DNA of 10,955 nucleotides from Gemmatimonadota bacterium (GCA_039589315.1 JBDHHQ010000130.1:1-10955); one strand, 5' to 3'; counted from the first letter of the stretch, positions 1 through 7,751 are shown. Numbers and translations are program-made. Notes: a model not told the origin generated them from the sequence alone.

Positions 1-163
1 GACCGTCCTGGATCACGACCGTGCCCGGCTCGAGGGGATCTTGCACGTTCGTGTGGATCGTGGCTCCCTGGATGGCCACCGTCTGGGCGCCAACGGCCCC
101 GGCCGACGAGGTCAAGGCGAGCGCGGTCATTACCGGTACGAGGCCGGTGGCGAAGCGCTTCAT
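1..163 (-). CDS. Amidohydrolase-family protein with signal peptide, N-terminal fragment (runs off the window start)
   Basis: Not in the ORF track; translated by hand from ATG at 163: MKRFATGLVPVMTALALTSSAGAVGAQTVAIQGATIHTNVQDPLEPGTVVIQDG. It has a Sec-type signal peptide followed by the AIxGATIHT...GTVVIxDG beta-sandwich start typical of amidohydrolases. Its ATG overlaps the upstream stop (ATGA, 160-163). Confidence 0.82.
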   Translation of the reverse strand, partial: MKRFATGLVPVMTALALTSSAGAVGAQTVAIQGATIHTNVQDPLEPGTVVIQDG

Positions 164-1605
164 CGTCCCATCCCCCCCGGTGCCATCCCGGTCATGAAGT
201 CGCGGTGCAACAACGGATCCGGTGCGGTACGGTCGTAGAGCTGCGCCCCGTCCACCCACACGCCCTCAGCCCTCGAATAGACGCTGAACGGGTCTCCCGA
301 CCACAGGACCACGTCGGCATTCTTCCCCGCCTCCAGCGTGCCGGTCTGGCCTAGGATGCCCAGGGCCTTGGCCGGATTCGCGGTCACCCACCGGATCGCT
401 TGCTCCGGCGGGACGGAGATCCCGGACTGCGCGGCGGCGCCCATGACCTTCGCGGCGTCCTGGTTCAGCCGCTGGATGCCGTGGCCGTCGTCCGAGTGGA
501 CGATGGCACAGGCTCCGGCCTCGTGGACCAGTGCGATGTTCTCCTTGATACCGTCGAAGGCCTCGAGCTTGAAGCCCCACCAATCGGCCCACATGGACGC
601 GCAGATGTCGTTCTCCGCCAGGTAGTCGCGCACCTTGTACGCCTCCACCGCATGGTGGAACGAAGAGATGGAGTATCCGAACTCCCGGGCCACGTCGATC
701 ATCGTGACCATCTCGTCCCCCCGGTAGCAGTGATTGTGCACCAGGATGTCGCCTTCGAGCACTGCGGCCAGAGTCTCCAGCTGGAGGTCCCGTTCGGGAC
801 GGTCCGCAGCCGGCGAGCCGGCGGCCTCCCAGCGCTTCCACCGCGCGCGGTATTCCGAGGCCTCGATCCACGCCGTGCGGTACCCCGCCACGTTGCCCAT
901 CCGCGTCGCCGGGCCTCGCGGGGTGCCGCTCTCTCTCGCGGTACCGTACACGCGCTTCGGATTCTCGCCACACGCCATCTTCAGACCGTGGGGCGCCCCC
1001 GGGAACTTCATGGCCTGGTAGCTCCGGGCCGGCACGTTCTTCACCGTGACCCCGCGCCCGCCGATCAAGTTGGCGGAGCCCGGAAGGACCTGGAGCGAAG
1101 TGATGCCGCCGGCGATGGCGTGCCCGAACCCGGGATCCTGAGGCCAGATCGAGTGCTCGGCCCACACCTCGGCCGTGACCGGGTCGGTCATCTCGTTCCC
1201 GTCGGAGAGTGAAGCGATCCCGGGCGATGCGTAGACGCCCAGGTGGGAGTGGGTGTCGATCAGTCCGGGGGTGACCCACTTGCCGGCGGCCTCGACGACG
1301 ATCAGCGTCGGGTCGTTCGGCGGTGACAGCGCAGCCGTCGAAGCGACGCCTACGATCTGGCCATCACGAAACAGGATGGCGCCATCCTCGATCACCTCCC
1401 CGGTCCCCGTCAGGACCGTGGCATGCCGGATCAGGGTTTGTTGGCCCGGGAAGCGCTGGTAGGTGGAAGGGAACGGATCCGTCGCGAACAGATCGGTATG
1501 GGGTCCGGCCGTCTGGGGCGCTGGTGTGCCGCCGCGCTCCGGCTGCGAGGAGCTGCAGGCCGCCATCGTCAAAGCGGTGGCCAGAATCCACGGGCGTCTC
1601 CGCAT
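160..1605 (-). CDS. Metal-dependent amidohydrolase (imidazolonepropionase-like superfamily), probable lipoprotein, 481 aa
   Basis: Motifs: PGLIDTHSH (HxH metal site), GLKMACGENPK, HNHCYR, HHAVEAY, HSDD and ANPAKALG...GTLEAGKNADVVLW. Start moved from 1752 to ATG 1605 because an AGGAGAGG SD lies just upstream, a signal peptide MRRRPWILATALTMAA-C17 follows, and a candidate promoter sits at 1642-1671. Confidence 0.92.
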   Translation of the reverse strand: MRRRPWILATALTMAACSSSQPERGGTPAPQTAGPHTDLFATDPFPSTYQRFPGQQTLIRHATVLTGTGEVIEDGAILFRDGQIVGVASTAALSPPNDPTLIVVEAAGKWVTPGLIDTHSHLGVYASPGIASLSDGNEMTDPVTAEVWAEHSIWPQDPGFGHAIAGGITSLQVLPGSANLIGGRGVTVKNVPARSYQAMKFPGAPHGLKMACGENPKRVYGTARESGTPRGPATRMGNVAGYRTAWIEASEYRARWKRWEAAGSPAADRPERDLQLETLAAVLEGDILVHNHCYRGDEMVTMIDVAREFGYSISSFHHAVEAYKVRDYLAENDICASMWADWWGFKLEAFDGIKENIALVHEAGACAIVHSDDGHGIQRLNQDAAKVMGAAAQSGISVPPEQAIRWVTANPAKALGILGQTGTLEAGKNADVVLWSGDPFSVYSRAEGVWVDGAQLYDRTAPDPLLHRDFMTGMAPGGMGR

Positions 1606-1641
1606 CAATCCTCTCCTGGTACGGTTGTTGACATGGTGTGC

Positions 1642-1671
1642 AGCATAGGCCAGTCGACGCCGCAGCGGCAA
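1642..1671 (-). promoter_or_regulatory. Candidate sigma70-type promoter for the amidohydrolase pair
   Basis: Minus strand TTGCCG (1671-1666), 18 nt spacer, TATGCT (1647-1642). The predicted start site is about 30 nt before ATG 1605. Confidence 0.5.
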
Positions 1672-1782
1672 GGATACCATGAGCCGTTGCCTCGGGGCGG
1701 TGCGACCGCCACAGTGTCGGGCCCTGGTCGGCGCGTCGCCGCCGGGAGACACGCTCCCCCCCGGGCAGAGAGACTACGTTCC

Positions 1783-2292
1783 GTGAGCGCCACCCGGACC
1801 GGCGACGGGGTCCTGTCGGTCGAGGCGATCCGTCGCCACTTCCCGGCCCTTCGGCGCCACGAGGCCGGACGTCCCGTCGCCTACTTCGACGGGCCAGGCG
1901 GGACCCAGGTTCCCCGGTCCGTGACCGACGCGGTCACCGATTACCTGCAGACCAAGAACGCCAACAGGCACTGGGACTATCCGACCAGCGTCGCAACCGA
2001 ACGGGTGATCGAGACCGCCCGGCATGCCTTGGCCGACTTCGCCGAGGACGCCGACCGTGGGCTTCACCGTGGAGGGCGTCGCTTCGTCGGCCGTCGCCCG
2101 GACGTTGGCGTACGAGGGCGGCGTCTTCCTGTCGCACGGACACTTCTACGCCGCGAACGTCACCCGCGTGCTGGGTCTCGGCCCGAAGGCCTGGTCAGGG
2201 CCGGGTGCGCGTGCTACACGACAGCCGATGAGGTCGATCGGCTGGTGAGCGGCGTGTCCAGGATCGCGGCGGGGAGCCACCCGGGTCGGTAG
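1783..2292 (+). pseudogene. Cysteine desulfurase-like protein (aminotransferase class V, VC1184-like subfamily) with large internal deletion and frameshifts
   Basis: GTG 1783 gives the family N-terminus IRRHFPAL...YFDGPGGTQVP...NAN...YPTS...ARHALADF (to 2040). C-terminal motifs PRTPTVGFTV...GHFYA follow at once in another frame (2042-2185), then EGLVRAGCACYTTADEVDRLV in the original frame up to TAG 2292. The central PLP-binding region is absent. Confidence 0.82.
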
Positions 2293-2387
2293 CGGGGATC
2301 AGGCCTCTGGCCCCATCCCTCTCACGTGGACCCGGCCACGGGCCGACAACCTGAGGAGACACGACCTCGGTTCAGGAGTCGAGCGAC

Positions 2388-2612
2388 ATGCGCAGGGCAT
2401 TGGCCGTGGCGGCCGTGATCTTCATGGGAGCGTGCAGCATCCCGGAGCCCCAGCTGGCCGTAGACCGGGATACGCTGACACAGAGGCAGAAGGACAGCAT
2501 CACGTCTACGCTCCCCCTTCCGGGAGCGAGCGTCGTCGGACGCGCCCTCCGGGCCTCCGACGCGGCCAAGGCCCGAGCGGAGCGGCACGACGCCCTCGGC
2601 GCCAACCCGTAG
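2388..2612 (+). CDS. Small hypothetical lipoprotein, 74 aa
   Basis: AGGAG SD upstream of the ATG, signal peptide MRRALAVAAVIFMGA-C16, GC-rich third codon positions, and it fills an otherwise empty gap. Confidence 0.75.
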   Translation: MRRALAVAAVIFMGACSIPEPQLAVDRDTLTQRQKDSITSTLPLPGASVVGRALRASDAAKARAERHDALGANP

Positions 2613-2618
2613 CGCACC

Positions 2619-2667
2619 GGCCACACGCCCGTCTCCCGCCGTCGTAGCGGCGGGACAGGTGATGGCC
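2619..2667. terminator. GC-rich hairpin between convergent genes, possible terminator or 3' stabilising stem
   Basis: Perfect 8-bp stem TCCCGCCG (2634-2641)/CGGCGGGA (2648-2655) with a 6-nt loop, extendable by GGCCA/TGGCC. There is no U-tract on either side. Confidence 0.3.
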
Positions 2668-2710
2668 TCCGTCCGGCTGGCTCCCGTGGCTCCGGCGGCC
2701 GCCCTCTCGA

Positions 2711-3820
2711 TCAGTTCCCGAACGTGCGGATCTCGACCGCGGCTGGCCCCAGCCCCGATTCGATGGAGTCGGCCAGGGCAAAGCTCCCGGCGCGGTAGAC
2801 GAAGGTGAAAGGCGCCAGACCTTCGCCCGGGCTGCCGAAGAACGCCTGATACAGATCCCCGTCGTTATCGGCCCGAGCATGGAAGGCGCCGCGGCACCCC
2901 CCGGCGGGGATCGGTGCGCACACGGGATCGTCGGGCCCCCGAACGAAGCTGCGCGTCTTCGTATCGAACACGATCGTTCCGAAGAAGAACCCGGAGACGT
3001 AGGCCAGCCCCCGAGCGTCGATGGTGATGGCGCCGGGACCCACGCCCATGCCCTCGATGAGATCCACCCGCTCCAGCGCCATCGGGTCGATGACCGCCAT
3101 CGTCCCCGGGTCCACGAAATCGCCGGTGTTCACGACGTAGAGGAGCCCGTCGGGTCCGGCGGCGGCGTACTGAGGGTTGAAGTCCCCCGTGTCGATGGTG
3201 CCCAGGACCTCGAGGGTTTCTGGGTCGAGGGCGGTGACGACGCCGTTGCCCAGAGGCAGGAAGTCGTCGCCCAGGTTCCCCGACACGATGAAGGCCCGGT
3301 CGGCGGCCATGACGATGTCGGCGGGCGCGGGTGCGACCGCCGCCGACTCCTCGATCGCGTCGCTGGCCTGGTCCAGGCGAATCCGTCCCACCTCGTCGGA
3401 CACCAGGTTGCTCACCAGGGCCGTCCGGTCGTCCACCCATGCGGATCCGGAGGTATTGCCCCCCGGGAACAGGAAGAAACGCTCGACCCGCTCGGTGGCG
3501 GCATCGATGAGGGCAACGCTGGCGGCATTCCCCAGCGGCACCAGGATCCGCGTGCCGCGAACGGACAGGCCGACCGGCGTCACCGAGCTACTGGCGCCCA
3601 ACGGGATCGTGCGCCGTTCGCCGGGAGCCCCCAGGTGGAACATGGTGAGCGTCCGGCCCAGGGACGCCACCACGATGCCGATCTGGGGGTCCTCCACCGT
3701 ACCCGCGAGGAACGGGAGCACGTCGGGCTCGGGCCCCGTGCCGGTGTCGTCGTCGGAGCACCCGGTCGTCGCGGCCAGGAAAAGGGTGATGATCCATGCG
3801 GTGCGTGGTCGATGATGCAA
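2711..3820 (-). CDS. YncE/YVTN-like beta-propeller lipoprotein, candidate BtuG-like cobalamin-binding partner, 369 aa
   Basis: TTG start with GGAGG SD 5 nt upstream and signal peptide ending TTG-C21. About seven blade repeats are visible (PVGLSV..RILV, SGSAWV..ALVSN, PADIVM..AFIV, NPQYAAAGPDGLLYV, GPGAITIDARGLAYV, ..DGDLY, GPAAVEI). It starts 20 nt downstream of the TonB receptor. Confidence 0.85.
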   Translation of the reverse strand: MHHRPRTAWIITLFLAATTGCSDDDTGTGPEPDVLPFLAGTVEDPQIGIVVASLGRTLTMFHLGAPGERRTIPLGASSSVTPVGLSVRGTRILVPLGNAASVALIDAATERVERFFLFPGGNTSGSAWVDDRTALVSNLVSDEVGRIRLDQASDAIEESAAVAPAPADIVMAADRAFIVSGNLGDDFLPLGNGVVTALDPETLEVLGTIDTGDFNPQYAAAGPDGLLYVVNTGDFVDPGTMAVIDPMALERVDLIEGMGVGPGAITIDARGLAYVSGFFFGTIVFDTKTRSFVRGPDDPVCAPIPAGGCRGAFHARADNDGDLYQAFFGSPGEGLAPFTFVYRAGSFALADSIESGLGPAAVEIRTFGN

Positions 3821-3840
3821 CTTGACCTCCGGGATTCAGG

Positions 3841-6021
3841 TCATCGGTTGGGGTGAACGCTCAGCTCGAGCCCCCAGGCGCGCCCGGGGAGCGGATAGTC
3901 GGGGATCATGGCGGCCTCGGCGTCGAACACGTTCAAAAGCGAGAGGCGGCCCTCCATGGCCCACCCCGCCAGCCTCCACAGGAGGCCCGTCCGTAGGTCC
4001 CACAGCCAGTACGGCGCCAGGGTGTTCAGCTCCGAGCCGGGCACCGTACGCCGAGTGCCCACGTAGCGGCCCGACAGCTCACCGTTCCAGGAGGACACCG
4101 AGGAGGTCAGCGATGCGTTCGCGGTCCATTCCGGCCGATACGCGACCTGGCCCGCGAGGACCGCGGAGGCGTACTCCACGGACGATCGGGCGGCCGCGAC
4201 CCGCACCCGGCTCCCTGCACGCGCCATCGCCAGATCCAGGCCCACCTCCCACCCTCGCCGGCGCACGTCGAAGTTGTCGGGCGACCACACGAACCGATGG
4301 TCGGGGAACCAGAGGATCATGTCCTCGATGTCGGCCCGGTAGAGGTCCAGACTGCCCTCGACGGACAGGCTCGGGGTGGTCAGCAGGGCTGCGTCCGCAC
4401 CCAGCACGACCTCGCCCTTCACGCGCTCTGGCGCGAGCTCGGGATTCGGCCGTACCAGAACGCCCTCCTGGAAGAACTGATCTGCGGGAGACGGCGGAGA
4501 GAAGCCGTTGCCGACGGAGGCGCGCAGCGTCCAGCGGCCTCCGGAGAGAGAGGCCGCCAGCCGAGGAGACAGCTCGGCTCCGGTGACCGAGGTATGACCG
4601 TCGACCCGCAGCGCACCGGACAGGGAGGCCGACCAGCCGGCCCCGACGCCCGTGCGGCCCGTGCCGGCGAGCCAAGCGCCCAGGGATCGCTGCTCGGCCG
4701 GAGCTCCGTCGGCGAGCGTCGACGAGCTGACATCGAGGAGGCGCGCTTCAGCGCCGCCCTCCATGGCAAGCATGCCGGCGGATCCCGAGACGGTGACCGT
4801 GGATCCGACGCCCCGGGCCACCGTGGTCTCGGCGTACGGCGTCCCGGTGGGGGGCGTGGGGTCGGCGAAGCGCACCTCCTGTCGCTGTCCGTTCAGAGAC
4901 ACGTCCCAGCGAGGCCCGGTCCTGAGCGTCGCGGCCGCCGTGGCCATGACGCGGCGTTGCGCCTGCCTGGCGGTGGGCGTCAGGGACGTGACTGGCCCCG
5001 GCATCCCCCGGTCGACGTCGAGGACGTCGCCGAGGAGCCGAATCTCGCCGCTGCCGGCAAGCAGGGTCCCCGAGCCGGACCCAGTGAGGCTGCGGGCATC
5101 CGCGTTCAGCCGCGTGGCCGTGCCCCCACCCCTGACGTCCGGGACCGTATAGCCATAATCCCCGTCGGTGCGACGCCACGTCCCACCGATCCGGCCCGAG
5201 AGCCGGGGTGTCCCCGAGCCCTCGGTCGTGCCGCCGAGGCCCAGAGCCACCTGCCGCGATCCCCAACTGCCCGTGGAGGCGGCCCCTCGGGTCGCATCGC
5301 CGCCGGGTCGGCGACCGTCGACGAGGATGACCCCACTCAGGGCCCGCGGGCCGAAGCGGGCGGATTGGACGCCCGGCAACACGGTGATCTGCTCCACCGC
5401 CTCCAGGGTGATCGTCGACAGGTCGACCCCACCGGTCAGCGGCGCATTCAGGGGGACGCCGTCGAGCAGCACCAACACCTGGTCCCCCGATCCGCCCCTG
5501 ATCGACAGCGAGGCGGGCGAGCCGGGTCCACCCCGTCGCGTGACCACGACGCCAGGGACCTGCTGTAGGGCCACGGCCAGGTCTCCTGGCCCCAGGGACT
5601 CGAGCTCGGCGCGCCCCAGCACGACGGCGCCGGCCGTGCCGTCGGCGGCGGCCTCTACCTTCAGCCCTGCCACCTGGACCGGAGCCGGCGGCAACTCGGC
5701 CCGGATGGAGGAGACCTGACCGTTGCGTGCCTCCACGGTCAGCGTGGTGGACCGGTAGCCAGGTGCACGGACCTCCAAGGTGACCGTTCCCGGATCGAGG
5801 CCTCGAAGGGTGAACGCACCGCGCGCGTCGGTGACGGTACTGTGGGCTCCGCCCATGGAGGCGACGCGGGCGCCCGGCACGGACGCCCCGGACACGCCGT
5901 CGAGCACCTGGCCCTCAACGACGGGAGGGTGCTGTGCGGCGATGGCAGGGGGGAACAGGGCGCCCAGAGCCAGCGCGAGCCGGGTCGTACGGGCTGCCTC
6001 TCTCCGTGCTGACGCCATCAC
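3841..6021 (-). CDS. btuB: TonB-dependent receptor, BtuB-like cobalamin transporter with N-terminal carboxypeptidase-regulatory-like extension
   Basis: Signal peptide; N-terminal extension VEGQVLDG.SGASVPGARV...TDARGAFTL; plug motifs SIRGGSGDQVLVLLDGVPLN and VEQITVLPG..SARFG..ALSGVI; barrel motif NPELAPE; C-terminal LLNVFD...YPLPGR. The substrate is inferred from the upstream cobalamin riboswitch. Start is GTG 6021 or ATG 6018. Confidence 0.88.
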   Translation of the reverse strand: MMASARREAARTTRLALALGALFPPAIAAQHPPVVEGQVLDGVSGASVPGARVASMGGAHSTVTDARGAFTLRGLDPGTVTLEVRAPGYRSTTLTVEARNGQVSSIRAELPPAPVQVAGLKVEAAADGTAGAVVLGRAELESLGPGDLAVALQQVPGVVVTRRGGPGSPASLSIRGGSGDQVLVLLDGVPLNAPLTGGVDLSTITLEAVEQITVLPGVQSARFGPRALSGVILVDGRRPGGDATRGAASTGSWGSRQVALGLGGTTEGSGTPRLSGRIGGTWRRTDGDYGYTVPDVRGGGTATRLNADARSLTGSGSGTLLAGSGEIRLLGDVLDVDRGMPGPVTSLTPTARQAQRRVMATAAATLRTGPRWDVSLNGQRQEVRFADPTPPTGTPYAETTVARGVGSTVTVSGSAGMLAMEGGAEARLLDVSSSTLADGAPAEQRSLGAWLAGTGRTGVGAGWSASLSGALRVDGHTSVTGAELSPRLAASLSGGRWTLRASVGNGFSPPSPADQFFQEGVLVRPNPELAPERVKGEVVLGADAALLTTPSLSVEGSLDLYRADIEDMILWFPDHRFVWSPDNFDVRRRGWEVGLDLAMARAGSRVRVAAARSSVEYASAVLAGQVAYRPEWTANASLTSSVSSWNGELSGRYVGTRRTVPGSELNTLAPYWLWDLRTGLLWRLAGWAMEGRLSLLNVFDAEAAMIPDYPLPGRAWGLELSVHPNR

Positions 6022-6117
6022 TGGCCCCCGTCCTCGGTAAGCCGGAACGGAAGGAGAAAGGGTGAAGCTCGGACGGCGCCGTTACCGACTCGGGCTCCCA
6101 GGGTTGGCCTGACCCTT

Positions 6118-6295
6118 CCCCTCCCGCGAGGGGTCTCTGAGGATCGACGACGGGGCCAGGTCTCCTGGCTCGAGGCAGCGTCGCTCGCCTTCCCAGGGCT
6201 ATGCCCCAGTGGCGTTCGAGCGGGCTTTCAGGCGCCTCTCACAGTGGCGGGGCCGCGCCGGATTTTCACCGGACTTCCGTAGTGGCTCCCGTCGT
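6118..6295 (-). promoter_or_regulatory. Cobalamin (B12) riboswitch
   Basis: The minus strand carries the hallmark elements in order: GGAA, CCGG-TGAAAAT-CCGG (P4 T-loop), CGG-CCCCGCCA-CTGT (P5), GCCACTGGG...GGGAAGGC, and the B12 box GAGCCAGGAGACCTGGC. P1 is ACGACGGG(A)GCCA (6295-6283) paired with TGGCCCCGTCGT (6158-6147). P13 is CCCCT-CGCGGG-AGGGG (6133-6118). Confidence 0.96.
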
Positions 6296-6311
6296 GGTCT
6301 TCGTATCCTGC

Positions 6312-6341
6312 ATCGTACGAGGACCACGGAGGCGGATGCAA
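6312..6341 (-). promoter_or_regulatory. Candidate sigma70-type promoter for the riboswitch-btuB operon
   Basis: TTGCAT (6341-6336), 18 nt spacer, TACGAT (6317-6312). The predicted start site is about 10 nt before riboswitch P1. Confidence 0.55.
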
Positions 6342-6374
6342 GCCCGCCTCTCGCGGCGGCCGTCGGGCCTGGGG

Positions 6375-7751
6375 TCAGGCGGAGGACGCGTCCTTGGGAT
6401 CGGGGCCCCGTAGTCGGGCCGTCACTACCCCGCTCGCGACGAGCGCTGCCAGCATGACACCCCCACCGAGGGCGAGTCGGGGCTGGGTACCCACGAAGAT
6501 GCCCAGGATCGCCAGGTAGAGCGCGATGGTCAGCCCAGGGAGCCATGGATACGCCGGCACCCGGAGCGGCCGCGCCAGATCGGGCCGTGTCTGCCGGAGC
6601 CTGAAGAAGGCGAGGAGCACCATCAGGTCCACGCTCACCGCCACCATCATCATGAACCGAATCAGCAGCTCGAACGTGCCGGTCAGGGCCAGGACGCCGA
6701 TGACGGTGCTGATGAAGAAGAGGGCGAGGGTGGGTGTGCCGCGGGGTGATACGTTCTGGAACCGACGGGGAGCCAACCGGTCCCTGGCCAGGGCGAACGC
6801 CACCCGCGGCATGCCGAGGAAGTTCACGTTCAGGCTGCTCACGAGGATCAACAGGGACCCCAGCGTGATCACGACGCCCGCGGCGTCGCCGAAGACCGCG
6901 GCGATGGCATCCCGAGCCACGAGGTCCGAGCCGGCCATCTCGGCCGGAGTCAGGGCGGTCAGGAAGGCGACGTTGATCAGCAGATAGAGCACCGCCACCG
7001 CCGCGGCACCGCCGATCAGAATACGGGGCAGCGCCTTCGCGGGATCCCGAGTCTCCTCGGCCATCTTCGCTGCATCCTCCCACCCGTAGTAGGCGAAGGC
7101 GACGCTTTGGTAGGCCAGGGCGAAGCCCAGTAGGAACGATACTTCCGGCGTGAAGGCGACGTCGGCGCCGAAGCCGCGGGCGTCACCGGCCGAAAGCGCT
7201 GCGGCGGCGACCACGGCCAGAAACGCCACCTTGATCAGCGTAGTCACGTTCTGGAAGACGGTCCCCACCTTGAGGCCCCCGAGGTGGAGGAGCGCGAAGC
7301 CCAGGACGACGACGCCTGCCAGCAGGTTCACCGATCCCGAGCCACCGGTGAGTCCGATGATGTAGGTCGCGATCAGGACGGCCTTGATGGCCCCGGAGAA
7401 CGCCCTGGTGACCAGGAGCTCCGACCAGCCCGCGAGGAACCCGGCCACGGGTCCGAACGCTTCGGCCGCATAGACGTACTTGCCGCCCGCGCTGGGCAGG
7501 GCGGCGGCCATCTCGGCCAACAGCAGCGTCGATAGGCCCGCTACGACGCCTCCGAGCAGCCAAACGGCGAGGATGATCCAGGGGTGGCCCAGGTAGCCGG
7601 CGATGAGGCCGGGCGTACCCAGAATGCCCGCCCCGATCACGATGCCGACCGTGACAGCCAGGCCGTCACGCACCCGCATGATGCGGTGAAGCTGAGGGCC
7701 GTCTTCGTCAGGACGTGCCGGCGCGGCCGGCGGTAACGAGGGCTCGGTCAA
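6375..7751 (-). CDS. APC family amino acid permease (LAT/SteT-like), 458 aa
   Basis: TM1 VGIVIGAGI, AEMAAALPSAGGKYVY...AFG, TM6 FAYYGWE...AEE.RDP.KALPR, PRVAFALARD, RPLRVPAYPWLP, and about 12 hydrophobic segments. The TTG start is uncertain because it has no SD of its own. Confidence 0.93.
   Translation of the reverse strand: MTEPSLPPAAPARPDEDGPQLHRIMRVRDGLAVTVGIVIGAGILGTPGLIAGYLGHPWIILAVWLLGGVVAGLSTLLLAEMAAALPSAGGKYVYAAEAFGPVAGFLAGWSELLVTRAFSGAIKAVLIATYIIGLTGGSGSVNLLAGVVVLGFALLHLGGLKVGTVFQNVTTLIKVAFLAVVAAAALSAGDARGFGADVAFTPEVSFLLGFALAYQSVAFAYYGWEDAAKMAEETRDPAKALPRILIGGAAAVAVLYLLINVAFLTALTPAEMAGSDLVARDAIAAVFGDAAGVVITLGSLLILVSSLNVNFLGMPRVAFALARDRLAPRRFQNVSPRGTPTLALFFISTVIGVLALTGTFELLIRFMMMVAVSVDLMVLLAFFRLRQTRPDLARPLRVPAYPWLPGLTIALYLAILGIFVGTQPRLALGGGVMLAALVASGVVTARLRGPDPKDASSA

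Noticed and set aside
1628..1633. Perfect TTGACA on the plus strand
   Set aside because: There is no credible -10 hexamer 16-18 nt downstream.
1423..1782. N-terminal extensions of track ORFs 1423..2292 (+) and 160..1752 (-)
   Set aside because: They overlap each other, are low-complexity and Arg/Gly/Pro-rich, and cover the divergent promoter region. Family similarity starts at 1783 and 1605.
160..2292. Linking the amidohydrolases or the PLP-enzyme remnant to cobamide salvage (CbiZ- or CobD-like roles)
   Set aside because: They belong to different families, have their own candidate promoters and are separated from the B12 operon by opposite-strand genes.
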